Shown here in pieces: positions 39,948-49,244 of a stretch of DNA of 52,912 nt. The notes beneath the pieces are model-generated. The model was not told the DNA's origin and did no database searches. It saw nothing but the letters and a program-made list of their open reading frames with translations. This DNA is from Octopus bimaculoides. Taxonomy: Eukaryota. Position numbers and translations under genes: made by a program. Within the stretch, counting starts at the first letter, position 1. Every line of letters starts with the position of its first letter. The stretch spans positions 119,595,690-119,648,601 of the forward strand of contig NC_068983.1 in the NCBI RefSeq assembly GCF_001194135.2, written 5' to 3'.

Positions 39948-42900
39948 ATGGACTTCTTTCAGCTTCCGTCTACCAAATGCGCTCACAAGGCTTTGGTTGG
40001 CCCAAGGCTATAGTAGAAGATGCCTACCCAGGGTGCCACACTGTGGGACTGAACCCAGAACCATGTGGTTGGGAAGCAAGCTTCTTACGACACAGCCACT
40101 CATATATGTTTGTATATAACTCTTTTTAAATATTTAAATACATGTGTTTGAGCAATTCTAACTTCAAATCTACCTAACTGCATTATATGCTTTGATGTAT
40201 TCAATTATATGTATTTTATTATTTTCTGCAATAAAGAAGCACTTCATTACAGTACCCCCATGTGGTACCTTTACTGTCTTTGCATTTAAACTCACACTAC
40301 ACACACACCAAATGCAGAAATACCTTTGACTCTTTCAAACAAAGGCTACTGGTCCTGACTATACCCTTCCTTTACACTTAGATATAGTACCCAAGAATTG
40401 CTTTAATACTCATCAAACTCTTTAATTTTTTATTCACTATGCTTTAGAGAAGTTCAATGACTGCAATGTTACTGCACTAGACATCAGCAAAGCCCTTGAC
40501 TCAGTCCAGCATGTAAATCTCCAATCAAAATTTCCTGCCAACAGACTTACACCCATCTCTCATCTCTTGGTAGCTTCCAATCAAATTCCAGTATTGTAGC
40601 ATATGTTGACAATGCTCTTTCTGTCCCATTATCAATCAATACTATTGCTTCTCACAGTCTGGATTTGTCTTCCACTCTCTTCCAATATATCAATGACATG
40701 ACCCTTCATTCTTCCCTAACCAGGTGTCAACCACATGCAACCTTCATGCAACATGCCAAACTTAAAGTGATTCCATAAATGAAGATTTTGAGGACATTCC
40801 CAGCAAGATCATGCCAAATATGACATTTTTAACCCTTTAGCATTCAAATTACTCTGTCATATGTAATGTTTATTTATCCACATTGTTTTGAATTTATCAT
40901 ACATTATCTTTAGCCTAGAGATTTGAGTGAATGTGAGTGTTTACTTTTAGAATGACAGTGTAGGGCAGGTGTGAGAGACCTGATCTCATTAGTTTGAACA
41001 TAAAGTTGATAGAATATTTGGGCTTGATATAGTTGGTTTGAATACTAAAGAGTTAATAGCAAAAAAAAAACAAAAAAAACTCAAGAACTACTTCTAACGA
41101 AAACACCACTGCATCACAGCCCCTCTAGACATGGACCATGGCCACCCAAGAGAACTGCTTTGAAGGGTTTTAGTCAAAGAAATTGACCCCAGTACTAATA
41201 TTTTTTTTTTTTTTTTGAAATTTGGTACTTATTCTATTACTCTGCTTTGCTAAACTGTTAAGTTATGGGGACATAAACAAACACAAAGACACACACACAC
41301 ACACACACACATATAGATAGACACACAATAGGTTTCTTTCACTTACTGCTTACCAAATCCACTCAGAAGGCTTTAGTCAGCCTGGGGATATAGTAGAAGA
41401 CACTTGTACAAGGTGCCATGCAGTGAGACTGAATCTGAACCCATGTGCTTGGGAAACAAACTTCTTACTACCTACACAGCCATGCATTTGTATTTTTTAT
41501 ACATTCTATTTACATATAAATAATGTGTGTGTGTGTGTGTATGCATATATATATATATATACATACACACACACATATATTAATCATTAATAAATTAATT
41601 ATGCATTAAACAGGATTCATTCTTCACTATAACAGTTCAAGGAATATTTTTTTGCAACATATTGAAGCTATCACTGTATTGTGACAGTTATAAACAAATG
41701 TGTTTTTTTCATCTCTATTCATGGCCAGAAACAATGGATCTGGCAGATTTCAAATTTCTTTCAATTCTCATGAGAAATAGAATATCATTCAATCTACTCA
41801 CAGTGAGAAATATATCTCATAGCTATACATTTAGTCACAAAATGTAGTGACTTCAGCTGAAGTGACAAGTTTGATTTGAATAAATAGCAACTTAAAGAAA
41901 TTGTTGGTAGTTTATTTAAATTAATTAATCATACGCTAAACGGAGTATATTTTCTGCTTTTATCTGTAATGAGATTTGAGGTAAACCTTTTCAACAACAC
42001 ACTGGAACCATTGCTGTATTATAAACAAATATTGTGTTCTTATTATTGATGAAGGAAGTAGGACTCTTTAAATGGTAGTGTCAGAATCATCAGAATTCTA
42101 AAACATAATTGTTGAATTTAGGAGCCATAAATCTCCTTCATGTTTAGTGTCTGTCTCTGCATAGTTCTACTATACACAACTCATGTCCTTATTTAATTTA
42201 TGACCTTCAACAATCAACAATACAGTTGATTTTTTTCTACTTCAACTCTACTAGTGAAAATAACAGAAACAAAATATCTGAGCTGCTTTTAGGGACTGGT
42301 ACTTAGCTCTGGTTTCATAGAATAGAACAGACAAGAGATAGATCTCCATCCTTAATAAGATACCAGTAGACTGCAGCCAACATAAGTCAGATGACTCGGT
42401 ACTTATTTCTGGCAAGTAGGTTAACTGGGACAATATAGAATAACAAGTTGTATATACTAAGAAACATGACTGCAGCAGATTTGTTCACAACCTATGGGTT
42501 GATAGTTCAACATCTCATCCTTTGAGCCATCTTGCTTCTACTAATAGCTCATAAATTTGAGCTCACTTCCACAGCAGGTGCTCCATTATATACTTAAGTA
42601 CTTCCTTTAAATATACATGTACCAGTTATCTTCCTATCAGAAATAAGTAACAGATTATCAATGAACGTTACCTACAAAAGACTAGCATCCAGTTCAGAGG
42701 GAGTTTATCTCTCATCCACTTAAAATGACAAAAAAAGCTAAGTCCCAAACTTAGAGCTTAACTAGCATTCTACATTCTCTCTCTCCTAAAAATTCACTAG
42801 TGGAGCATCATATATTAAATACTTACATTGACAAAAGGTTACAAATTTGCAAGGAAGGAGTATACTTGATTGAATAGTGTTCTTGTTATCAATCAGAGAG

Positions 42901-45389
42901 GTGACACAAACTTGATCTTAGCAGCATTTTAACTGATAGCTGAGAAATCAGGTGAGAGCAATGCCATTGAAGAAGCTTGCTTCCCAACCACATAGTTCCG
43001 GGTTCAGTCCCACTGCATGGCACCTTGGATAAGTGTCTTCTACTATAGCCTCAGGCCAACCAAAGCCTTGTGTGTGGATTTGGTTGACAGAAACTGAAAG
43101 AAGCCCGTTGTGTATATGTGTGTGTGTGTGTGTATTTGTGTGTCTGTGTTTGTCTCCCCACCATCGCTTGATGACTGATGTTGGTGTGTTTACGTCCCCC
43201 ATAACTAAGCAGTTCGGCAAAAGAAACAGATAGAATAAGTACTAGGCTTACAAAGAATAAGTGCTGGGATTGATTTGTTTGACTAAAAGGCAGTGCTCCA
43301 GCTTGGCCAAAGTCAGATGACTGAAACAAGTAAAAGAGAGAACATGACATCAATAAAGCATTTAAACTGAATCTCCAAGTAACACTGCCTGCATTGTAGG
43401 TTTCATCTCTCCTAATCACTTGGGTTAGAAGCTTCCAATTACACATCATGATAGCATGTACTGACAAGGTTTTCTCTTATTCCCACTTTATCAGCTCCAG
43501 TATACCACAAGGTTGGTTTATGTTTCTCACTCTACTTTTCTTCAATATATGAGGGACCTACTTGCTAATAAGATTAAATAATTTTTATTTCTATGTGGAT
43601 TATACAGTTCCTCCTTAACCTGCTGCACTTTGGTCTAATCCACATAAAACCTAGACATTGCATATCAAAACTGCACTACCTCAAAGAACTGAGACATCAA
43701 AAACATCTAACAGGGATCAAGTCTCTTTCAACACTACAAAGATACGGTTACTGATCATACCAGACAGTATGATCTTGTACCTCAAAAACCTTTGAAGTGT
43801 CTACAAAGCTAGAACACTACACACAGACAAAGACTAAGTCGCATCTCCAAAGTAGCTTTTGTCATTAAAGCAAAAAATACTTCAGTAATGCTAAGTTGCT
43901 AACCCTACAAAGCTCAAGTAAGTCAGAGGATATCTGGGATGCTACTGCTGCTGCACACGAACAACTGAGACAGCATCCAAAAGAAGGCCAACAGACTGAT
44001 TGGCAATGACTCACTCATCATCACACTACATTTTCCGGCCAAAAAGATGCACTCTCTTCTCTCTGTCTCTTCCATCACTACTGCAATGATTTTCATTCCT
44101 TTGAATAAGCTAGCAACAAAACGTTTCCACCCAGGCTCGTTTATCTATCTTCGTCTCATCCCCTCCACCGAGTTTTACCCATCTTGCTTCATCTTGTCAC
44201 CTCTAGTGTATCTCACCTCAGCACTCACCCACAATACTAAATCCTTCTTCCTCAGGGCGTCAATCCTATGATATTCCCTCCTTGTCAACGTTTCGCCAAC
44301 ATACATCAACTTACTGATGTTTAATCTGATTATATAAATTGTATCGATCAGATTAAGTCATGCGCAGGGTATGAGTATTACTCCTTTTTTCCTGATTAAA
44401 CCATAAAAAATCTGAATGTAATGGAATGGACTTAAATAATGTTAAACACTTATTTCGGAGTTCTACCATTTATTCCCTTTCTCCACACTCATCATATAAA
44501 TAATGTATTTAAAGAGTTGTATGTAGTTCCTAACAAAAGTGCATCATTATATTTTGTTTTGTTTTTGTAGTAACAACAAAAACACAGAATGATGAAAAAC
44601 TTAAAAAATCAACTCAAGACTATTTGATGAGAGCGACGACTTTATACTACTAGAATAACATTGACTTTTGAGAAAGAAAAATAAATGTCTCTTAAGCTTC
44701 AAGGACCTTTGAAAAGTAGAGTGTGACTTCAGTTTCATGGCGGGAAGCAAATGAAAGATAATTCTCACACCTGATCGGACACCAGTCTATCCCAGGTAAC
44801 ATTCTCAGATGATATTGTAACTAAACAGCTAGATAAACAGTCAGCTTAAATAAAAGTCCCTTGGCTGGAAACGCTAAGAAACGTTTGCTTTGGATTTAAA
44901 CAAACAAATTAAGGATTCGGCCTAATCACTACGCTTTTCAAACGGCTTTATTTATTTTGCGAACATACTTCAATCGACGTTTCTTTTGTAATCTAAGGGT
45001 AATCGTCGTAGCAGTAAATATAAGTTACGGTTATTTAAAACGGGATCATCGAAACTACATGCTCATAAAATGTATATCCAAGTTAATTATGGTTTACTTC
45101 CTTTGTTTGTTGTATGAACTTTTACAGCAAATCTCCCGATTATGAAGATACATACGAAGTATGGAGTGTTCCAACATCTGTCATCGGGCAGATGTGTGTG
45201 TGTGTAGCTATCGTCGTACTCATGTGTCTGAAGCCTCAACAACTGAAACATGCACAAACCTAGCGAAAACTACCATCATGAAACTAAAAGTAGTCACAGA
45301 ATAAATGAATAAATATACTATTCTAATTTGATTTGCCAGTACATCTATCATATATATATATTTATATATATATATGACCATCCCCAAAT

Positions 45390-45426
<37 letters not shown>

Positions 45427-46489
45427 ACGGACCCTTCTGCCGAAGACTAAAAACAGAATCTCAAACACAGAAAATAAGGTGATAGGAATTCCTCCCTAAT
45501 GTAAGTAAAAAGGTTTAAAGAGTGGCGAAAAACATCCCATGTATATAAAATAACGAAACAGCCACAAATAAAGGAACATGTCAAAATGACCCCTACAGAC
45601 AGGAATGACAATAAGGGATAAAATAATTTAATGCAATGAATACAGATCAAATTGTGTTTCAAATAGGCTTAAATTAGAAGATCTTGACCCGGTGAACTAG
45701 AAAAATAATGAGGGCGGGTGAATTTTCAAATTAATTTTCTTACACGGGAAAGTATCTAACCCATATGCTATTATATATATTTTTAATTTTTAATTGAATC
45801 TGCTCTTGAAAATAATTAGGAAGGTAATTCTAATTACATACGATGAAAATTGAGAGTTGGGACAAGACAGTTATCACAATCCGCTTGTTGGATGAGTCTC
45901 ATTAATATGCAGATTATATCATACTTATTAGTTTATAATGCATTTTAAGTGTACTTTTCTAAAATGTCCTCATTTTAATAACAATCACAAAACTGACTTC
46001 GATTTCTCTTTCCAAATTAGAATATAATCATTATCATCATCATCATTAATAACGATAATAATTAAAACAATACTTACCATTCTTCCAGGGGTTGTAAGGT
46101 TCTAAAAATCCTATTACAAGGCTTTGATCATCTGGAAAGGTAACACTGCGTTTTCCATTTCGATACTCCGAATTCCGGACCGATTTCTTGCAAGAACTTC
46201 TGATATCTGGGTTGTTGTTTTGATGGATCTCATCGATGTTATTGTTGTTTAGTATAGTATTGTTATTATTTGGTGGAATAGAAGTGTTGTCCGCGGCATT
46301 ACTGGGCTCATCAGACGTGACTTGCAATACTTCCTTAATATTTGTTAATTCCGAATCGTTCTGTTGTTGTAATGTATCGTTAATCATCATCGTCGTTAAA
46401 TTACTGTTCTCCGAAGTCTCTGGTTCAATTACAGATACTGTAGTTAAAGTAGAATCTGCATTTGTTGTCGAGATGGATTCTTCTTCCAT
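1137..46489 (-). CDS. PPP1R37: Protein phosphatase 1 regulatory subunit 37 (LRRC68)-like; 11 coding exons, 870 aa: join(46489-46078, 23251-23154, 19830-19785, 17408-17308, 15996-15877, 12334-12184, 11430-11285, 10160-10035, 6683-6542, 4651-4485, 2240-1137)
   Basis: Hand-spliced exons of 412+98+46+101+120+151+146+126+142+167+1104 = 2613 nt, all GT-AG, phases 1,0,1,0,0,1,0,0,1,0, no internal stop. Translation has KRSVTFP...EPYNPWKN, CEALEEVFRRVQF, ALFDMIEYY...SFNKDIGIRGWQAC, LVLWNNQ and GLMALSLALKVN, which I recognise as PPP1R37 motifs. Confidence 0.93.
3428..3990 (-). mobile_element. RTE-clade LINE 3-prime end
   Basis: Same coding terminus, UTR subrepeats and (GAT)n tail. Confidence 0.8.
4485..4651 (-). 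CDS. PPP1R37: PPP1R37-like coding exon 10 (GAVALAEYIADS...LDKTTKKEV)
   Basis: Within ORF 4425-4661; acceptor ttctag|GT, donor GTG|gtaagt. Confidence 0.93.
5221..6465 (+). mobile_element. Mariner (Tc1/mariner, D34D-type) transposon, inactive
   Basis: TA plus left TIR ttgggttggcaactaagttccc; motifs WVPHAL, TGNEKW (first Asp to Asn), HDNASPH, YSPDLAPMD; ATG mutated to AGG (5395), early TGA, frameshifts; right TIR not found. Confidence 0.93.
6542..6683 (-). CDS. PPP1R37: PPP1R37-like coding exon 9 (AKLECLETLNLGNNNITNEGI...TKILCE)
   Basis: Acceptor gtttgtag|GCA, donor GAAG|gtaatt; 142 nt. Confidence 0.92.
6850..7975 (-). mobile_element. RTE-clade LINE 3-prime fragment
   Basis: Reverse complement of the 27400-28385 element, with tandem UTR subrepeats. 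Confidence 0.85.
7985..8237. mobile_element. hAT (Charlie-like) MITE
   Basis: Right TIR TTGAGAACCACTG, degenerate left TIR; 8-bp TSD gtctaaaa/atctaaaa. Confidence 0.65.
9269..9700 (-). mobile_element. SINE family A, full length (other copies: 725-1020 +, 8505-8935 +, 13003-13048 +, 16850-17150 -, 25190-25620 -, 29255-29610 -, 32420-32735 -, 39675-40100 -, 41145-41485 -, 42972-43340 +, 49130-49245 +, 50140-50245 +)
   Basis: Same head, body and tail recur at each listed position; coordinates approximate. Confidence 0.85.
10035..10160 (-). CDS. PPP1R37: PPP1R37-like coding exon 8 (DTGLGKICQGL...LVLWNNQISHLGMPYLAEAL)
   Basis: Acceptor ttttttag|GAT, donor CTG|gtaaat; 126 nt. Confidence 0.92.
10946..11146. 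mobile_element. piggyBac-type MITE, family M2 (partial second copy near 21975-22130)
   Basis: TTAA-CCCATTTGATACC ... GATATTGAAAAGG-TTAA; similar sequence recurs at about 21975. Confidence 0.55.
11285..11430 (-). CDS. PPP1R37: PPP1R37-like coding exon 7 (EALKRNEVLQELFLGDNKL...LDLRNNQLQ)
   Basis: Acceptor ttttcag|TT, donor CAG|gtaggt; RI-like LRR. Confidence 0.92.
12184..12334 (-). CDS. PPP1R37: PPP1R37-like coding exon 6 (TPSLHYLDARG...LHLENTSITENCLLVL)
   Basis: Acceptor cttccacag|ACT, donor CTTG|gttagt; LRR pattern; 151 nt. Confidence 0.9.
12446..14210. mobile_element. Non-autonomous TIR element (Tc1/mariner/pogo-like) hosting nested insertions
   Basis: About 25-bp inverted termini CCATAAAAACCCATGTAATTT and its near reverse complement at 14185-14210; TA left flank, TG right flank; subterminal TGTAATTTATGCA repeats. 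Confidence 0.6.
12743..13650 (-). mobile_element. Helitron remnant (PIF1-like helicase C-terminus and 3-prime end)
   Basis: [34 protein letters not shown] plus upstream GKYKGDDVFIPQIPLIPSD; terminus CCGAGCAACGCCAGG...CTAG|T at 12746-12743. Confidence 0.85.
15080..15145 (+). ncRNA. Minimal type I hammerhead-ribozyme-like motif (family H1)
   Basis: CTGAAGA 15093-15099; stem II AGC/GCT; GAAA 15114-15117; stem III ACTC-A-GAGT; triplet GTA 15124-15126; stem I TGG/TCA plus AAATTCA/TGAATTT. Confidence 0.6.
15171..15575 (+). mobile_element. tRNA-derived SINE family A, full length
   Basis: A-box TGGCTGTGTAG, B-box GGTTCAGTCC, internal (TA)/(TG) microsatellite, GAAACAAGAATAAAAG end. Confidence 0.85.
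15877..15996 (-). CDS. PPP1R37: PPP1R37-like coding exon 5 (TAEALFDMIEYY...CSNMIRK)
   Basis: Within ORF 15499-16002; acceptor ttgcag|ACT, weak donor AAG|gtttat. Confidence 0.9.
17308..17408 (-). CDS. PPP1R37: PPP1R37-like coding exon 4 (GEQLDHKHCEALEEVFRRVQFESIVLKICDLDDG)
   Basis: Within ORF 17248-17460; acceptor tttcaag|GT, donor GGG|gtaata. Confidence 0.9.
17792..18017. mobile_element. piggyBac-type MITE, family M1 (opposite orientation to the 40833 copy)
   Basis: TTAA flanks; internal sequence is the reverse complement of the 40833 copy. Confidence 0.7.
18115..18543. mobile_element. Two SINE family B copies tail-to-tail (18115-18330 +, 18335-18543 -); others at 12886-13000 + and 31320-31470 -
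   Basis: Shared GGCAGAA.CGTTAGCATG...GTTCAAATTCC...AAGTACCAGTTG sequence. Confidence 0.8.
19140..19350 (+). mobile_element. LINE 3-prime end, third family (inverted copy at about 32770-32990)
   Basis: Two mutually reverse-complementary copies sharing TCCATAGTCTCAGTTGGTTACACTTG. Confidence 0.55.
19785..19830 (-). CDS. PPP1R37: PPP1R37-like coding exon 3, 46 nt (NVKNCWNRHKSFVLQG)
   Basis: Acceptor ttttcacag|AAT, donor CAAG|gtaaat; supplies the phase 0 to phase 1 change needed between exons 2 and 4. Confidence 0.8.
20720..21150 (+). mobile_element. BovB-like RTE LINE remnant
   Basis: EVVLEFTYL, INRWIG, LTRLTK and LYIACIPSTLL remnants across frameshifts. Confidence 0.6.
22826..22990. repeat. 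(GA)n microsatellite spanning a gap; many (TA)n, (CA)n and (GAT)n arrays elsewhere (e.g. 21532-21579)
   Basis: Direct reading. Confidence 0.95.
23154..23251 (-). CDS. PPP1R37: PPP1R37-like coding exon 2 (APICTAEELVDAYKKGCKVYDVKPWNKIIQQLL)
   Basis: Acceptor ttttccttag|CA, donor TTG|gtaagta; 98 nt restores frame; not in the ORF track. Confidence 0.88.
24619..24752. ncRNA. 134-bp palindrome of two head-to-head degenerate H1 hammerhead copies
   Basis: No spacer; perfect 18-bp centre GAGTCTGAATTCAGACTC; outer 25 bp perfectly complementary; each arm aligns to the 15080 motif. Confidence 0.65.
25678..25753 (-). ncRNA. Type I hammerhead-ribozyme-like motif (family H2), probably degenerate
   Basis: Minus strand reads gtct-CTGATGA-CGGAAT...ATCCCA-GAAA-TGGTT-GTA-agac: 4-bp stem I and all core blocks in order and correctly registered. 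Confidence 0.55.
25960..26135. mobile_element. DINE-1/HINE-like (Helentron-associated) fragment
   Basis: AAAATCTAATCAG...TTCATTCAAATCCATCCAATGGTTCTTGAGATA followed by (A/G)AAAC-type microrepeat; resemblance only. Confidence 0.4.
26596..26970 (+). mobile_element. tRNA-derived SINE, another family (related heads at 30985-31238 - and 52410-52640 -)
   Basis: A-box TGGCCCAGTGG and B-box GTTTCGATTTCC at the 5-prime end. Confidence 0.65.
27097..28385 (+). mobile_element. RTE-clade LINE, 5-prime truncated (RT thumb, Cys-rich insert, 3-prime UTR, (GAT)n tail)
   Basis: GLRVNLAKTK, FRYLGD, RIAWAKFREL, RGRPRKTW motifs; 3-prime UTR shared with many copies in the window. Confidence 0.9.
31467..32075. repeat. 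Compound polypurine (GAG/GAA/GGA)n tract spanning a gap
   Basis: Direct reading; explains the spurious poly-S, L, P and R ORFs. Confidence 0.95.
33640..34085 (+). mobile_element. HERO/NeSL-like non-LTR retrotransposon 3-prime end (restriction-like endonuclease)
   Basis: One frame with two stops: RPNKVL...LLEFSVPWED...GWQANCKPIEMGCSGLVGQSLCRAY, then KWLWIKKG and a GAAAGATCTAAAACACCTAATGACCCC UTR. Confidence 0.75.
34653..34702. mobile_element. 50-bp hAT deletion derivative
   Basis: CAGTGG...CCACTG flanked by a perfect 8-bp duplication CTCTATAT. Confidence 0.6.
37250..38700 (-). mobile_element. Decayed RTE-clade LINE with RT core
   Basis: Minus-strand GVHQG-like, WELHYADDL and AFVNLEKA remnants with many stops and frameshifts. 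Confidence 0.7.
40833..41052. mobile_element. piggyBac-type MITE, family M1
   Basis: TTAA on both sides; TIR CCCTTTAGCATTCAAA / TTTGAATACTAAAGAG. Confidence 0.75.
43400..44400 (+). mobile_element. Decayed L2/CR1/Jockey-group LINE (related fragment at about 40290-40720)
   Basis: SIPQG-like and ALDISKA (40480 region) remnants and a typical post-RT coding tail; heavily degenerate. Confidence 0.5.
46078..46489 (-). CDS. PPP1R37: PPP1R37-like coding exon 1 (acidic/Asn-rich N-terminus, RVxF motif KRSVTF)
   Basis: ATG at 46489 (G at -3 and +4), in-frame stop upstream at 46510-46508, donor AATG|GTAAGTA; phase 1. Confidence 0.9.
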
Positions 46490-47204
46490 ATCCAGAGTTG
46501 ATATATCCTATGTAAACATGTACATATACACTCAGAGCAAACGAAGAGAGAACATAGCGAAAACACAAACAACACACCTCGCTGCGCTGAATGTTAAGTG
46601 GGAGGTGCAAAATCTCTTTTACACCTGTTTGACAAGGCTTAAATATTTTTTCAGTTCATTATAGGTGAATCTGATCCGCATTTAGCTTTAATATACAAAT
46701 TTTAATGTAATTTCTTGTCTTATTTACTTTGCTATCGTTATAGTTAGGATATATATGCGTGTATATAATCCTTGACAAATTTTCTTGTATATTTACTAAC
46801 ACCTAAATATACCGATATCGCGAAGTAAAATTGTGAATGAGGCTTCTACATGGAGATAATTCAATAACAGGAAGTGGATCTGGGACAGTTGTTTAATTGC
46901 ATGCTTTTTATTCCCTTTCTAAACATTATTAAACAAAAAATTAAAACGTTACCTCGTAAAATTCTGAACTGGAAAAAAGGAAATATTTTCAATCAAATAA
47001 TCTAGATTCTTAACATTTCATCATCTATCATCGGATTTAATTATTGATTAAAAAAAAATATGCTAAAATGCAATAATATTTAAGGCTTACTATAATGTTC
47101 AATAGTTTAAATTAAAATAATGTATTTGAAATATACAAAAACATATTGATAATTTAAATTATATGAATTTTGTCCGAATCTACTCAAAGTAAACTCTTAT
47201 GACA

Positions 47205-47245
47205 TCAGGTGTCCGCCATGTCTACCTCACTGCGCCTGCGTGCAA
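47205..47245 (-). promoter_or_regulatory. Candidate core promoter: YY1-like (GACATGGCGG) and NRF1-like (TGCGCCTGCG) motifs
   Basis: Two housekeeping-promoter-type motifs side by side about 720 nt upstream of the ATG, in a CpG-retaining zone. Motif resemblance only. Confidence 0.4.
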
Positions 47246-48069
47246 ACAATTGCATTCGATTAGTAAGGAAGACGACATTATTAAACAAGGATTAGTTACG
47301 TCAGTTATGTTTAGTATAAAACTTTGAGAAAAAGGAATAATATATATAGATATTGATACTGTTGTTTGGCCCAGATCAGCCTTTATCTTTTATTTCGAAA
47401 CAATGTATGCTAGACAACATTATTCATTGTGCCTTGTTTTTAAGTCAGGAGGGGGAGATTTGGCTGCTATTTGTAATAGGCCGAGTGATTACGTAGAAGC
47501 TCCCTCGTTTGGTCGTCACTTAACTATATTTTTGGTATTGGAGAGCTTTCGGGAGACACACACACATATGTGTGTATAATACTACTCGTGGCTATTTCTA
47601 GATGAGAGAGAACTCTATACAAACGTCGAGTGCATATTTTAATTGAGAAATTGAAAGTACAATTCCTTACACTGACATACGTTTCACTCACGTTCATAAG
47701 TACACAAAAATGAAAAGAGCTCTCAAATACATACATTAACGTTTATTTATTAGAAACAGCCAGTGATTCACAGAATTTTATATTTGTATATGCTGGATAT
47801 ATTGTATATAAAGGTGTGAAAGATGGCAGGTGTGTAACCTGTGAGGGTTAAAGATAGTCATGTGATCAGGTTTGTTGCATGTCGCAGAACTTACGATGTT
47901 GTGCTACTGTGTTGCCGAGGGAGGTAATTCAGCACAAGCTAATCGCCGTCAGGGGGAATTACTCCGCGAAGTTGGCTAGAACTGGTCGAAGTCGATTTTC
48001 AAGTATTGTGATATTCAGGTGTCTGACACTATTTCGAATGGATCCTCCACTAGTGTAACAGTTGGACAA

Positions 48070-48410
48070 TTGTTCTGATCTCCGTTTAAGAGCTGTCATG
48101 TACTGCTTCATGATCTAGAACCGATTAAGCAAATTCCTCAGTTCAAGTATAGTGTATTACCATTTTAACATTGTGGTCTTTTATACTTCTATATCTAAGT
48201 CCTTTTTCCTGAAGGCATTGGATTTCCAAAGCGAATTCACTACAATTACTAATCTAGATGTCAGAATCATAATGATCGCTAAAAAATCATTGCTGTACCA
48301 TGACGATTCCCACCAAATTAAAAAGAAAAGTGCTCTTTTGTTTAACGCCTCCTTTGGCACTTGGATAAGGGTTGAAGTGGCGGATTTTGTGAGACTTTAT
48401 GCCTGACACT
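48070..48410 (+). mobile_element. Penelope-like element reverse transcriptase remnant
   Basis: FNIVVFYTSIS...ALDF...DVRIIMIAKKSLLY...FNASFGTWIRVEVADFVRLY resembles the PLE RT pattern FDIVDFYPSIS...RKSLLF...FDVTMGSYDGAEVCELVGLY (recalled). Confidence 0.65.
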
Positions 48411-49244
48411 CACTGAAAATGCATCTCTTCCCATAGCTCTGGCTTCTACTAAACTGTTGGTTTAGCAATGTTATATAATATGAATAGCCATACCGTGGAT
48501 AGATTTATGCTGTTTAGTTTTAAAGATGACTATCAGCACTCAATAATAGCAAATTTCTTAGACTTTAAGAAAAGCAAACACTGAAGTTACATAAAGCTGA
48601 ATGGGGAGAACCATTTAACATCCATAGATATAAATAGTAACACAAACCATACATATAAATCTTGTAGTATGAATAAATAGGAAAGTCTCTGATCTATCCT
48701 AAGGGATATCATCAACAGGAAAACTTCCTATTGTAATGGTGGGCTAGCTAAGAACAGCATTGGTGAAAAACTACTTAATATGAATAGGACCCCAACCATT
48801 ACACAACAGAGTAGAACCAAAAAATGTAAAGTGATCTCGTTCAATCTACCACACAGTGTAAAAGTTTGCACGAATGTTACCAAGAATTTCTTAACTCCAA
48901 TAAAGATTATATTTCCTAACCAGGCAAAATAACACGAGCAGTGTTAAGGTAAATAAATACAGCTGCAAACACTCCCTCCACACACTTAGCCATCACATCA
49001 TCAGTTAACTTTTAACTCTTGAAATTAATTTCCTCCCAAAATGAGTCATATACTAAGCATGCATGACACCTTTGGTCATGTGTGAAAGGAACTATAAGGG
49101 TGTAATTACGAACATGTTTACAAGCTGCTTCTCTCAGTCCTTCTGTGTGACACCCTGGGCAAGTGTCTTCTATTATAGCCTCGAGCTGACTAAAGCTTTG
49201 TGAGTGGATTTGGTTGACAGAAACTGAAAGAAGCCTGTTGTGTG

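Noticed and set aside
45422-45840. Possible solo LTR starting TGTAAC
   Set aside because: No matching GTTACA end, TSD or primer-binding site.
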